Positions 37,394 through 51,768 are shown, numbered from the whole stretch's first letter. The stretch is 62,741 nucleotides of DNA, filler included, from Choristocarpus tenellus KU-1152 (GCA_964200185.2; 11 parts of 11 records of this genome joined end to end with filler, not necessarily neighbours in it); one strand, 5' to 3'. Numbers and translations are program-made. The notes: generated by a model from the sequence alone, not told the origin.

Positions 37394-40300
37394 GATGATG
37401 AGGTGGTAGTAGTTGAGGGGGAGGTGAACCCTCAAGGACCTGAGAGTACCAGTAACACTTCGGCTGTCAAAATTGACAGTGAGGTTGAGACAACAGAGAG
37501 GGATGAAACAGTACCTGCAGAAGACCAGAAAGCTGAGGTGAAGGCTGAACCTTCTTCTGAAAGGGTTGAGGCAAAGCATGCTCTCCCCACTAAAGCCTCA
37601 GTTGTGAAGGAGAAAGAGACTGGAGAAGCAGTGGCAAAGAGTGAGAGGTGAGGATGGGATGTACATGCCTTTTAATTCCTGAGGATATCCCAAGTCCGTT
37701 TGTTATGTCCTCCTGCTGGAGGAGACGTACTCCCTCTGTCCTGTAGGTCTGGGCCGTTAGGTTGTACCCTTTTGGGGATGACCTCGGATTACAAAATGGA
37801 TTTTTGGTTCAGACTCCCTTGGAATATTTTACATTTTCAATATTTCTGTTCTGAAATGGTTACGAACAAATGCAACACGGAACGGGGAACATATATTTTT
37901 TACTTTTTGTAATGATTCTGCTGCAGTGCGGAGCTGCATAACACTCTCACAACCCCATATCGAGCTCCCAGACCTCTGCATTACGCATTGGCTCTCTTCG
38001 TCCGGGTCTTGAGAGGCTCCTGAGAGTTGTGGGGTCTAAATTGACAAAAGAGTTTGGAGTGGGAGAGAGATACCCTAGGCTCGCGTGGGCACGTGTAAAG
38101 GAACAGCTAGATAGGGGGAATATTGTCTCTCTGAAATCACAAGCACAATCTGGCTGGCCCTTGGACTTTAAGAGGTACAATCAGGTGTTTAGCAGCGATT
38201 TTGAGGCAGAGCACACAGGAACCAAAACAAGGGAGTGGGAAGGAGGGTTGGCTAGAGCGGTCGAAGTAGACCCAGTTGCCAACAACGCGGCGCTGGATTG
38301 GTGTATTGATGGTGCTGAGTAAAGGCGAGACATATATACTTGATTTAGAATATTCTGATGAATCAATCCATTGTAAACTTCAACAACAACTAAAACTACA
38401 ACTTAACGGCACAGAATTATCGACAGATGGAGTACGTATTTTGTTGGAGGGGAGGGAGATGGAGGGGAAATATGGTTGTGTAGAAGCAGACTGCTGTATT
38501 GGAGCAGCCAGGCAGCCATAACATCAACCTTTCTTACTGGCATGACTGTATTGGGGAACTAGAGTTAGTTCTATTATACACCACTGTAATGACCTGAAAA
38601 TAATATCATGGGGGACTTGATTGCTGTAATGATGCCTCAGTAGTGCTCCTCTTGCTTGCTGTGGGCACCCGCCCACCCACCCCCCCGTATGCAAAGGAGT
38701 GTTTTGTTCTCCACACCTTTACTATCAGAAGAATACATAAACCGCTTTGGCAGCTGAACTGACTGGGTGTCTCACCCCCTCCCCTTGAGATGTACATTTC
38801 TTATCTTGTTGACCAAAACCCCTCTCCTGCTCTTCCATTCTCTCTACCTTGCTTGCCTTCAGGGATAAGAGCACAGTGAAGAAGGGGGATGTCTCCACTA
38901 AGCACTCTGGTTCGGTTGACGATAGCACTGAAACAGAGGAAGAGGAAGAAGAGGAGGATGATGAAACAAGCGATGAGGGGGAGGGATGTCAGATCTGTGG
39001 GGGAAATGACAACCCTGGCAAGGTCCTACTTTGTGACAGCTGCGATGGGGAGTGCCATATGTATTGTCTTACACCTCCATTGAAGAGGACACCCAAGGGT
39101 AAGGTAAGGTAATGCGATACAGCATGTTATAGTTTAAGGGGGGGCAGAAGGCTAGTTGAGTGTTTTGGTAGAGGTACTCATCCAGCAGAGATTTTTTCCT
39201 ATTATGGAACAAAGCTATTGTTCTCGTCTAAAGGGGGAAGGGAGGGGAATACGGGGTGTACTCTCTTGAAGTCCTGCAGCTATACATAGATGTACTACAC
39301 ATTATACTCCTCAGTGGCTTTGCCATTATTGTATCCAAAATACCTGACCCTTGCACTAGCACCAAGTTATCTTGGAGTAGTCGGGTTGATTTATGTTACC
39401 TGGGTTTTGATGTAGTTGAGAAATGCCAGTTCTTACTACACCGGGAAGTTGTGGATGGGAAGTTTGAGAATATCACCAAAACCAGTGTCTCTTTTCAAGC
39501 AGAACGTCCCTACGTTAAAGTTTGTAGCATAGGACCAAGTATAGCCCAAAAATAGTCAGTCTAATGATTTTGAGGTCAAATCAGATATTCCCGCCAACCA
39601 GGTAATGGGGGATTGGCGGATCAGTATGGCATTGAAAGGTATACCTTCAATATACATATATATATTATGTGTGTATACACTGCTGACGGTATGTATTCAA
39701 TACTCCATCATACCAACACTAGTTTCTTTCACAATGATTCATACCATTCCATCAACACTGACAATTGTGTATTTGGTACCATGGCCTGCAGTAGGTTGCT
39801 GTTTCTCATGGTAGATTGTATAATCCAACATATGGTATGTGCAATGATGTAATTGGCAACTTGTGAAAGACTCTCCTGTTGAAGTCTCCCCCATGCAACC
39901 CACACATATCCAGCACAGAACTGACTTCACTGCCACACTCCACCCACACTGGAACAGCATGTCAGCCTGATCTTGCTTGTCCCATATGTAGAGTGATTTC
40001 ATGAGTGATTCCATGGAAGCATGAGCAATAAAATATAGATGGCTTCAGGGAGGTTGCAGGTAGAGTGTATTATCCTTATTGGCTGTATATAGCATCTAGG
40101 CTATTGTATTGGTGTGGCTGTTTCTTTTCATACCCCACAATCTCGAGGCATGACTCTCTACATCTACGGAAATACAGACATATTAATGTAATGGCATACT
40201 ATTCTGTGGTGTCTCCCCTACAGTGGTTTTGCCCAAGGTGTGTGCTGGGTGGGAGAGGAAAGGAGGGATCAAAGGGCAATGCCAGTAGTGCTGTTGACAA

Positions 40301-43300
40301 GTGTACAAATGCTGACACAGTTCAGTACAAGAAAAGGATGGTGAGGGTGAACTATTGGGGGTTGGCGGGGCAGGGCAGGGGCAGGAGGGGGTTATTACAA
40401 GGCATGAAGGAAGCTGTGTTGTAATATTTACCGAGAGGAGTGTGTAGTCTGCTTGCCATGCTGTTTTGGATTGTGTTGAAGACAAATACCCCTCTGTTGT
40501 GGCCATTTGTGAATCTCTAAGTGTGGTCAGCAGAAGGCTTGTTTGGTGTGTGACATGGGAAAAGGTGTTTTTGAATGATTCATTCATTGTTCAGTGTTTG
40601 CTTTGTCATTGCAAGTGGATGTTTTCGGTGGGCAGTTGTGTGCTGGGCATGGGGCATGGACACAATAGTGGTGACACCTTGATGCATGTATCGGAAACCG
40701 GTTGCTGTACTTGCTACTGGAGGTCCTTGTCTACTGTCCATCTATTGAATTGTGGCTTGTAAGATTCACCCAAGATGTTAGTTTAGTCTGGTGTTTTGTC
40801 CTTGCCTCTTGGTTTGGTTGGTTACCCCCATGCTTTGTGTGGGATCAAGATATATGTCCAGACCACCACCCTGACACTTCCCATCAAATCAAACCACAGG
40901 GAGGTCCCATGGGCGAGGTGAACAAGGTTGGGTGCGAGGGGGAAGGAGAGAATCTCAATGCCACAGTAGTGGCGGGGGGGGGGGGGGGTAAGACGAATGG
41001 CGGGGAACAGAAAGTTGCGGGGAACAAGGAAACGGAGGCGGCCGGTCTGCGAGTGNNNNNNNGGTGGGGGGGCCCGGGGGGGGGGGGAGGGGGGGGGGGG
41101 GGGGGGGGGGAGGGGAGAACGGGAGGGCGGGGGGGGGGGGGGGGGGGGGGGGGGATAAGCAGAATGGCAGGGAAAAGAATGTTGCCGGTGACAAGGCAAT
41201 GGCATTGCCAGCTTTGGGAGGTCTTGAAGACTCAGAATCCAGTGGCAAGGTTTGAATATATACTTTTGATCTGAATTGGAAGGTGCAAAAACTAAGAAAA
41301 TATAATTGTCCAAGATTATGATGGCACTCACATTCAAACCTTGCACGAAGTGATTAGACTCATCCCATGTGAGGGAGTTTTTATTCTGGTGTACGGTGTA
41401 TTTTTGTGAGTTGCCCTCTGCTCTAACAGTCACGATGCTCCTACACACACATAGCATAAGTCAGTGAAGCAAGCATTGACTACTGTTGTACCTTTTGGCT
41501 CTTCCCTGCATGTGTTGCAAATCTGTTCATTCGTATATGGAACCCTCCCGCATTTGGATTATCGTGGGAAGGCTCACACAGAACCTGGTTGATGGCACTG
41601 TGCACAAAATGAAACTGAGTCTTAAATTTTTGAGGATTGGTCATCTATCTCACAAGGGTACTTACCCACCATTGCCACTGCTATAATCCCTCATAGCTTC
41701 CTCTCTGGTCCTTGAACTTATCAGGCGTCCAAGGGCAATGAGAGTTCCCTTCAAGATGGAGCAGATGCTGTTTCAGAGACAGAAGTGCTGTTGGCACAGT
41801 CAGACAAGAAGGACCAAGAGTCAATCAAATCCTACGGAGAGGATGAGCAGGTGCTTCATACCCTCAATGTCAACACCTCTCCTCCCCAATCTGACCCCTA
41901 AGACCCCCTTGTAGCAACCCCCTCCCCCCTCAGGACTTGCTACCACCTGCTAAACTGCACTGCACTTTTTTGACACAGAAGGGAGGTGAAGATAGAGTTA
42001 CAGCAACAGCGGCTATCAACAACGGAAAGTCTGATAGTGTGGTTGAAATGGAGGAGGAGACTGGGGGTGAGGAGGAAGATGAGGATAACATATGCCTGGT
42101 GTGTGGAGACATTAACAGACCAGAAATGCTGTTACAATGCTCAGGCTGTGAGCTGGGGATATATCACTACGACTGCCTCAAGCCACCTCTCAACACCAAA
42201 CCAGAGGGCAAGGTGAACACTCTATTTCAGGCACAGACAAGAACAGTCACATCACATGAACATTTGTAGAGAAGCAGGACTGGCTCTTGACAGCCCTTTG
42301 TACCTCAGAAGTGTATCACTCGATCCTGGCATTACCTAGAGTGCTCATGCATATTTTTGGTCCTTAACATTTGTTGTCTATTGCAATGATTGGGCCGTTT
42401 TATTTGGCGATGTCCGTTACCAGGACCACAGTCATGGGGGAGGGGGGGTTGCCCTGTAGTGACCATTGTGAATAGAATACCCAAGATCAGTTGCTCTGTA
42501 GTGCCCATTGCAAATTGTGGAGGCCATTGGCTCTATGGTGTCCTTTGTCCACAGCAATGCTTGGGATCATTTTTTCCCCACAGAGTAGATCACTTGGTCT
42601 GTCGGGTTGAATGCTAGAAAGTGTCTTTGTTATGTGGGTGTTATGTTTTCTGAGATATGACTACATCTTACCAGGGTCAGTCCTGGGTCGTCAGAGATTG
42701 TAACTGAATCTGACTGCTGGCCAGCACTTGGCCTCAGTTAATATTTTTGTGATGGGGAATAAAAGATGCATCTTGTTTTGGTCAAAATTTGGGGGTCGAC
42801 CTGACATATATTGACCAGACTGGTCTGGTTTGAATACTTCTTTCTCCACATCCATCAGAGATTTTAACTGGACCGGTCCACAGGCCAGCCCTGATAAAGT
42901 ACATTTTAATAGAAACAGTCCAGGGTCATCATAGAGTTTCAACTGGACCGGGCTGTCAACCTGTCCCAGTGAGTTATATTTCAACAAGGCCAGTCCAGCT
43001 TTTTCAGATATTGTGACCAGACTGGGTCATATGCCGGTGAAATGCCCTGGCTCTAAGCCATACCCCTCCCCCCCTTTGTGTTGCCTGTACCCCCTCAATC
43101 CAACTCCCTTCCCTCAAGCAATCCTTACAGCCATTGCCCTCAACTGCCGTTCTTATGTTGCTACGGTATTATTTGTCTATTAATGTACTGTATCTATGTT
43201 TTGATGTTGTAGTGGCTATGTCCAAGGTGTGTGGGGAAGAAACGACGCAGGCCCAAGCTCAAGGCAGGTCTTGGTGGATCGGAAACATCAAGTGCAGTAC

Positions 43301-43455
43301 CAAGGAAGATCAAACGGGCACGGGTGACAGAGGGGTTGGAGACAGAGGGGCAGTCACGTGAAGTCACAGAGGCGAGTGGGGAGCCCGCTGAGGGGAAGGG
43401 TGCTGCCTCTAAGAACAGAACTGTCTCATCAGCTGAGCGGGAGAGTGAGGGGTGA
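37394..43455 (+). CDS. Double PHD-finger chromatin protein (partial); exons about 37394-37647, 38863-39103, 40224-40340, 40900-41249, 41725-41850, 41979-42212, 43213-43455
   Basis: PHD1 CQICGGNDNPGKVLLCDSCDGECHMYCLTPPLKRTPKGK|WFCPRC. PHD2 CLVCGDINRPEMLLQCSGCELGIYHYDCLKPPLNTKPEGK|WLCPRC. Acidic linkers, an NLS-like KKRRRPK, and consistent GT-AG phases. Confidence 0.88.
42671..43050. mobile_element. Degenerate intronic repeat with CCAGGG...CCCTGG ends (MITE-like)
   Basis: Short inverted termini and recurring GGACCGG/GGCCAG motifs; no clean TSD. Confidence 0.35.
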
Positions 43456-44992
43456 AAAAATAAGCCAACAGTGTTAATTTTTATGTGAACAGGAAGAGGG
43501 CCGAAAGGAAGAGGTGTCCATATATTTGGCCTGTTTTGAGTGCTGTGATTGTCAAGGTTGTCCCACTGATGTAGGTCCTTTTCCAGGTTGACTTTGAGGT
43601 GTGTTTGGCATGCAATGTGTGGTATGGCATTGCTCATATTTTGTGCGTACTGAGGTGGGCACAATGGAGAGGGAGAGTACAATCTGAGCAGCGATGGCCG
43701 CCCCTTCCTATCTCTGCATTTATGTATGCAGGCCTTGTATTGATTGAGAACTCCCATTTCTATTTGGATCAGGGGAACAAGCATGGCAAGAGTGGGAGCA
43801 TTGTCCCAACTCTGACATTGCAGTGCTCTATAAGTTAGAGCCGTGCATGTGCTAATGTAAACTCTTGAAGCATTCCAGTATTTTAAGGAAGGTATTCGCC
43901 ACAAGTCAAGGCTCAAGTCTGTCCTTTGGGTCCAACTTGTTGTGACATAGTGATGTAGTTGGAAAAAATGCAACCACTAGTAGTAAATGTACATTTCTTA
44001 AAGTCTCCCCTTCTTATTGGCATGCTCAATGTGACCGCATCTATTTTGTGGGAAAGTGGCCTCTACATTGTGTTGTCAAGGTGTTTTCGCTAGATATTAT
44101 CCAAGGTATAAAATTAGGGCCACTGCATTCGTATTCAGAGTGCTAAAATTTGACATCAGTGTTAGGTCACACACATTGCAAGTGTGTGTGCATGAGAGTG
44201 CACAGAAGAGGTGAGGAGATGAGTCGAGGTGGGAGCATCTAGGAGAGACCTCCTCGAGGTTTGTGGTTGTCTATGAGGGTGTTGGACTGCTGCCTATATC
44301 CAATTATTTCCTCCCATTATTCACTTCTATTGTCTGTTACCTGTTCCTGTGGAGGTTTTGCACAAACAGTATATGAGACAGGTAGTTTCCAAATATTGTC
44401 AATGCATAGAATTTAAGTGGTAAGACTCTTGACTGCAATCTGCTGGAGAGTTTGTTGCAGAATGATTGCTCAACCATGTGATATATGGTGGGTAGGATGT
44501 GGGAGGAGTGGGTGAGTTCGGTATTGCTAGAGATCTACTACAGTCACCACCAATGACAACTATGCTGCAGCCCTTCCCCCTTTTGTCATATTTTTCGTAT
44601 AGGATGATAAACTGCTCAAAAGAGGTAGTTGGGGTAGAAAGTCCAAGTTTTGGAAGGTGCTTTCAAAGTGTGTTTCAATATGGTATTTTTGGGGAGAGCA
44701 GTAGTAATAGTAACAAAAATAATATTTATCTTTTTCATGTGTTACACGTATTTTCATACAAGATTGGAAATTCCAATCAAAGGTATGATGAATGATGGCA
44801 TCACCAGGCGTAGTCGCACCCTGACTTGGATAGTTTGTGGAAATTTCTTATAAAGCAAATCTATCCTCTACTCGGAAATACCTTAAGAATTGTTCGTCCA
44901 GAGATACTTGCTTCTTTCGGGTTTTCCTCCATATATTGGGGGCAATCCTTCAGCAGTTTGCTTGTTGTGTTGCTGTATGGGTACCTTGTCTC

Positions 44993-46705
44993 TCAAACTA
45001 TCTCCAACTCAACCTCAGGTATGGTCACAGAAGTAGGTAAATCGTGGTCACCAGAATGGAGTGAGAAACCTCGTCTCCTCAAGTGTCCCGAGGACTGTTC
45101 CTCGAGTGCTTCCTGCCCACGTTCAAGGTCACTTGAAGGGGAAGGAGGAGATGCATCTACAGGTAGAGGTGTACTTGCCCCCAACTTTGTAGTGGAAATT
45201 GCCTGGGTGATTGAGGAGCAGACCCGACAGACCATTCGCTGGCTTGTCCTACACGTCCGCCTGATGCTTGCAGCCACTGCTTGTGGTGGGTGCAAGATGC
45301 CACTGCCAAGGCAGTCTGTATCCATGGATCCAGCCAAGATACAGCCCGTATCCCCTGATGGTGTGCTGTGTGGTGAGGGCACCTTAAATTCCAACTCAGA
45401 GTTGGCTGCCAGCTCCCCAACCTGCCCAAATGCAAAAGTGAAGAAGCGAAGAGGGTCTACAGCCCCTATGATTGTGGGGAGTGGCCGGGCATCCCAGGGA
45501 TCGTCTGGTGTAAAATCCCCGTAGATAATACAAGCTGCACAAGGAACCATGAGTGTGAGGGCTGCTGCAAGCAACAGTAAGCCCTCACGTGCCATTGCCC
45601 GAGCTTGCCACAGAATACGTTTACGGTGCAAGCGTTGTGCCGGAGCTCCAGCTCCAATCACCCCCACAATAGTCAGCCAACCTGCTCCTAACAGATACAG
45701 AGGTGCCCTTGCGATGGCCTCGACAATTGCAAGGGGGGCTTCACATAAGCACCCGTGCAAATAGAGGCAGCAATGGAAATACCGAACATCGCTGTCGGAA
45801 CGGGTCACGGATTCGCTACTGATCGAGAGGATCGAATAAGCATTACGTGACAGGACCAATTTTGTGGGCGCCATCTTCCGTCCCGGTCTTGTCACCCTAC
45901 GCCCTCCCTCGCTCGAAGCTAAATCAGGTGAAGTGAAGGTGGCAATCCTCTTCTCGTTGCTCCTGTCCGATGAGGTGCTGCTTGTTTCGTCAGAACTTTG
46001 CCCACCTTCGTCTTGCCACATACGCACGCGCCTCCCACCACCCCATGGCCCTACCATGATTGGCATGCCCTCAGGAAGAGTGGGAGATGTCATGATGGCC
46101 TCGTCACAATCTAGTTTTAAAGGTCGACCATTCCAACCTGTTACCCCCACTCTCTCATGGCTGGTGCCGTTGACCCCATGTAATGTTACTGCCTCCTTTC
46201 CTCGGGCCAATGAATCAGACGCGTGCCATCTATTACATGTTGAATCGATGCCTTGGTCGTATCGCGGTGCGTCCTTCTCGTAGGCAGGTAGAGAAGTCCC
46301 ATCCTCATCTGCTTCCCTGCCAGCCTTGACGATCGCATCCTGTTCCACGCTTTCACCACTCTTGTCCCGCCAAATCCCCCCGCTTGGTCGGCTACCACTC
46401 TTACCCACGAAGCGTGTCTATTTTTCAGTTACAATCAGGGTATAGGAAGAACACAGCAAGTCAGACGCAAGTACTTTCTTGATCATTTCACCACATAATC
46501 CTACTTTAGTCAGATATCTCGCCATAGATTATGCCCATAGTTCTCATGTCTTGGCACACACCCATGGTAACGCGCCCACCACGGCCGAATCTTCGGATGA
46601 GTTGCACATGTCGATCACGCGATCAAAGTAGGTTCTGTCCACGCTACATGCAGAGAACTTAAGGGATAATATTTTTTGTGCTTCGTCGTAAGGGTTCGGC
46701 GACAT
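44993..46705 (-). CDS. Hypothetical protein with two predicted TM segments (exons 46705-46562, 46417-44993)
   Basis: A 471-codon ORF joined in phase 0 (W|GTGTGT...AATAG|TRF) to a 48-codon ATG exon. Hydrophobic stretches LYLLGAGWLTIVGVIGAG and GLLLLAAALTLMVPCAACIIY. Confidence 0.65.
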
Positions 46706-46932
46706 GCGTTTGCGACCGTTTCGCGATAGCAATGATTTACTCTCAATAAAAAAGCCCTAACCCTATGTTCAATGCCAACCTTTCTTTGATTTTCTGTAGA
46801 TGATGGTTTCCTCCTTGATTCATCAGCAATCTTCGTATGTCGCTCCACCCTACGCGATGATACAGCAGGAGGAGTAGACAACTCAAAATCGATCCCACCT
46901 TGTTCAATATCATCAAAACACACGGTTGACAA

Positions 46933-47479
46933 ATGGATGTGTTCAGGGCGGGACTCTTTAAAGGGAAGGGTGCAATTGTCACAGGAGGAGGGACAGGAAT
47001 CGGCTTCCGAATTGCCAAAGTGAGGACAAGCATCGTAGTTACAAATCTAAACTACCAAAGCTTGAGTGAATATGATTAGATCAAGCCAGCAGCCACCCCG
47101 AAAGACTTTCCATCTGAGACAAGAAGTGATGTATCATAACGAGAGGTCAATACTGAACAGTGGACGTGTCACTTGCACATGCCCTCATTGCCTGTCACAG
47201 GACCTGGCGTCCTTAGGAGCAAACGTTGTCATTGCCTCGAGAAAACTCGAACAGTGTCAACAAGCTGCGGCCCAACTTAATGCAGGGCTAGACAACAGTA
47301 GTGGGGGGAAAGTATATGCGGAAAGGTGCAACATCCGAAACGCTGACGACATCGTAGCTCTTGTGAGGGTGTCGTTGGAGGTGCTGGGTCGCCTGGATAT
47401 TTTGGTCAACAATGCCGGGGGGCAGTTTCTCTCCCCCGCGGAGGACTTAACCCCCAATGGATGGGCATCGGTTGTCCAG
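46933..47479 (+). CDS. PECR: Peroxisomal trans-2-enoyl-CoA reductase (SDR family), first two exons (46933-47019, 47201-47479)
   Basis: MDVFRAGLFKGKGAIVTGGGTGIGFRIAK|DLASLGANVVIASRKLE...CNIRN...DILVNNAGGQFLSPAE: Rossmann TGGGxGIG plus the PECR-typical CNIR and NNxGGQFLSPAE motifs. Confidence 0.88.
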
Positions 47480-47947
47480 GTGTGATTGATCTTTGCGGAA
47501 GCCCAATTACATACTGTTCNNNNNNNNNNNNNNNNNNNNNNNNNNNNNNNNNNNNNNNNNNNNTTAATTAATTAANNNNNNNNNNNNNNNNNNNNNNNNN
47601 NNNNNNNNNNNNNNNNNNNTTTTTTTTTTTTTGTTTTTTATTATTGGTAGTCCTCGTTTTTTTTTTTTTTTTTCAACTTATGCCTTTGAAAGGGCGTGTG
47701 CCTGCTTACTGTTGTTCGATTGTTTTTGGGAAATTTCCTGGAATGCTCTTTGTGGGGATGTGTAAACAGTGGTCCTTTAGGGCTTGTCATTGGATGGTTT
47801 CTTAGGGCTCTCCTGGGTGTCACTCAGTATTTCCACAGAGTTCTTACATCAAAGAGGTCACTGGCTGGCAAAGGATGTAGTCATCCTTGAAACTAGTGCA
47901 ATATTATCCTCATCGTTGACCCAATGCTCTGTGCCTGTTACATCAAG

Positions 47948-50900
47948 GGCGAGGGGCCGGGGCAGAGACGTGCTATCATACACTACGATCTCAAGCCAGG
48001 TAACATCCTGTTTGATGACAATGGAGATGTGAAGATCACCGACTTTGGCCTTTCAAAGGTGAGAATTCAACAGGTGATCTCAGCGATTAGCTTAGGCACA
48101 ACCCAGCATGCATAGAGTGCCCTGTCTCTGCGGTAACGAGGTGCTTGTGAGTCTCTGGACAATGGCACTGCTAACACAACCTTAGGGGAGGTTGCAGAGG
48201 TAGTGCGTATGATTGACTCGGTGTAATATTCTAGGTTGTAATACTGGAGTGAATGTCCATTTTTGTACTGCTAACCCCATTCTTTAGTTAGGTATTTATA
48301 TGAAGTGAAAGTGATAATATTAATTACTACAAATAATTGTATTGGTGCGAATCAACCCCTGCCTAGTCTACCTGTCCTCCAGCTTTAAAAAGAACACCTT
48401 TTTTGGGTTCAATCTTCAGTATATGTTGTATAGTGTATTCTATGGTTAATTCTTGGAAAACATTTGCTCCTCCCCTGCATGTGAAGGTGGCAATCGTTGC
48501 GATCCAACTCAAGATTAACTGCCTTAGATGTACTACTATTCACTCCTTTTGTATTTTTATGATATAATCGCCTCCTTGGATATCCTGTGAGATCACGGAC
48601 TGCTTTATTGATGGACCGCCAACTAACGCCAATCTTTGTTTTTTCATTAGATCCAAAGTATCTTAGAGGGTAGAGTCGCGTCCGTTTGGGGACCAAAATC
48701 CAACGTTGCGACTTTGGTTTAATTTTGGCTATCATGTAAATTACAAAGTGTTGATATCTTTGTTCTGGATGCACCTGTCACAATGTGTAAATTTGAACAC
48801 TACTCCGAAACATATGTGGAATAGGAAAAAAGTCATTTAAGGAGACGTGGGAAGCCAAGCCCGAAATGGACAAACAGGGAAAAAACTCGTACCCTAACCC
48901 TAAGATACTTTTACTCATAATGAATTCAGCTCTGACACTGTAAGGTATATACCTTATCCCTTCTGGATGAGTTCTTACACAATGTTCGGTTCTGCTGACT
49001 AAGCTGCAACCCTATTTTTCCTGAATGAATATATCCAAGATCTGGAGGTAGTGAAGCTCCCTCAAGAGTTGCAGGCAGAGGATTTTCTGTGCTTCCCTTT
49101 CTAATCGGCTGATGGGAATTTTGAAGAGGGTTGATTGGTCGAATTCTGCCATGCTACAGGCAGTTCATTGGCTGGTTAGAACTGATAAGAATGTGCGAGG
49201 TTCCTGTCTTGTCATTGGTCAGAAAGTTGCCTTTGGACACAACCCTAGAACTTCCTGATGAGCATATAGTTGGCATGATTGGCATCTATGTTGTTCGTTG
49301 TGTTTGTTGTGATGTTGTTGATGGTTGCAGATTGTGGACCAAGACTCTGGAGGAGGTACTTCGATGGAGCTTACCTCACAAGGAGCAGGCACCTACTGGT
49401 GAGATGATTGGGAAGAATGATTTGTTCGGCTTCATCCTGTCACCAATAATGATCGTGTGTCTGTGCCTGTGGTGGTCTTCGTTGTCACCAATAACCAAGC
49501 ATTCCAGTTTGAAGATCAACGGTAGTTTTTATGAAATACTCTTAACATATTTATATTTATATACATTTATGTATACTAATCGTTATTGCTATGCATGCAA
49601 CAGACTTTTTCTTAGTTGAAGGCGGTAGTAGCAACTCCATTTCTTATGTGAAATAATCATGTTGTTGTTACTACTATGAATGTTGCTGTTGGACAGTATG
49701 GTACCACTCTTAACGTGCCATATGAGAGAGTCAACTGACCTTGCACAGAGAGCGTATCACACTAACCTGTAACTGCCGTAAATGTATCCGCTTTCTATGG
49801 TATGATCCATTGACAGTGTACTCAAACCACAAAGGTTTGAAACAGTCCATGTGACCTTTGGCGTCTCAGGACTATTTGTAAGGTACACTTTTAGTGCAGA
49901 TGAGTATTGAGAGTTTTTGGTGTCTAGATCTTCCATAGTAGAGCAGGATCAAACATTTTTTTTTATCATCGGGTCAATAGGGTCTAATTAGTGGCAGCAG
50001 AATTGTTACGTGTTATTTCACAGTGATAATATTACTCCGGTATTCCCAAACATTTATGGGTATATTGGAGGCCTGATGTGTTCGTTGGGCTTCAATGGGG
50101 AGGAGAGTGTACTAGTGATGGTAACACGAAAGACAAGCAACCTACTGTGGTGATGATAGCTAGATAGCACCAAAACAAGAGCCAGCACCTCTTGAGCAAA
50201 GATGCCAAAGTCCAATTTATTGCACTCTTCGTTGGCCCTACTCTAAATTGTCTAACCCTACTGTCCTGCGGGAGTTGCATGTATCGTAATGCTTGTATCA
50301 AGATATCTGTACATCAAACTATTGAACAAAAAATAGTGGCTTGGGTTGGGGTTCAGGGTTTTATATATTTTTGGGATGTAATATTCTACAGTATCTATCC
50401 ACATCCATGGATTCCACTTGAACATCTAGGAGTAGCTTGCAGGCAATTATCTCAAGTCGCAAGCTAGCTAGCTGACTCAACCAATCAAGTGAATTTGGCA
50501 TATTTTTCTCTTGAGTGCTCTACCATTGAAGGCGTTTGTTGAAGAGCATGAAATCGCTGTATGAAGAAAAGCGGGCTTGTTTCTGTAGGGATTCTCCTTT
50601 CATGTTGGGAAGTTCTTGTACAGAGCATATTCCTGTGTTCTTGTACTTCACATGATCTGTATCGACGTGCCAATATCCTTGCCAGCTTAAGGACTCTGTT
50701 TCCTTTGCACCCTGTACCAAGTACTGGACTAGATGCTCTGGAGCATTGTACTTTGAACTTCATGTACAGTACTTTGTAGGACACTATATATATATATATA
50801 TATATATGGTCTTAGAGATAATGCATTCATGCCCTGCCGCACTCTAACCCTAACCCTAAATATCATTTTATTTTGTTTTTTCCTACTTACGGTACAGGTA

Positions 50901-51730
50901 CTTACCTCCAGAGTGTTTCGTGATGGGAAAGACGCCTCCACGTATCAGCTCCAAGGTGGACGTCTGGTCCTTGGGAGTGGTGTTCTTCCAAATGGTTTAC
51001 GGCAAGAGGCCTTTTGGGGAGGGGCAGACACAGGTGATTATTGTCAGTGGAAGTGAAGACCACAGGGTATCACGTGCACTGGGATAATAGTGTTGAACTG
51101 GTTATGGTACATGTGGATACCAAACCCCTTCTTCCATTTCTTTGAGATGCTTGGTGAGTGAGAGATCCAATTGCTTGTAAAGAGTGTAGTGAAAGATTTA
51201 TTTATTTTTTGTCGGGAGTTGCTACTACTCACAGTAGTATCAAAGAGTTTGCAAAAAAGGAGTGCATGAATGGATTGGGGCGCACCTTGCTGGAGGTATC
51301 TTGAGCTCAATTTGATCTTGATGCTATCTATTTCTCTGCTACAGACAACAATCCGAATCAGATCCTAGATTTTTCTCATAGAACAGAGGTGCTTGCGTTG
51401 CGATGTTGTACAAAGAACTGTTGATGTGTTGTTTGTTCATACAAAGAACTTCAATTTGACACATCGGTCAATGTGGTGAATCCAGGAACAGGTTTTGGGA
51501 GAGCTGTAGTTGCTTAAGAGGTGTGTAGGGTGGGGTCTTGTGTTGATCTATTCCACGTAGCTATGGAGTGCTAGATTCAGAATCAATCATGGTCCTCATC
51601 TCGAAGAAGTAAACGCCAATTTCACACCTTGGTTGGCAAGTGTAACAACACAAAACAGATCCAGTTGGTGAAAAGTATTTAAGTATTTTCTGATTTCTGG
51701 GTGTAATGGTCAATCTTCACTGAATGGCCT

Positions 51731-51768
<38 letters not shown>

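Noticed and set aside
44826-45524. 232-aa plus-strand ORF as an overlapping gene or PHD-gene exon
   Set aside because: It has a non-ATG start and no motif; it is best explained as the antisense shadow of the longer minus-strand ORF.
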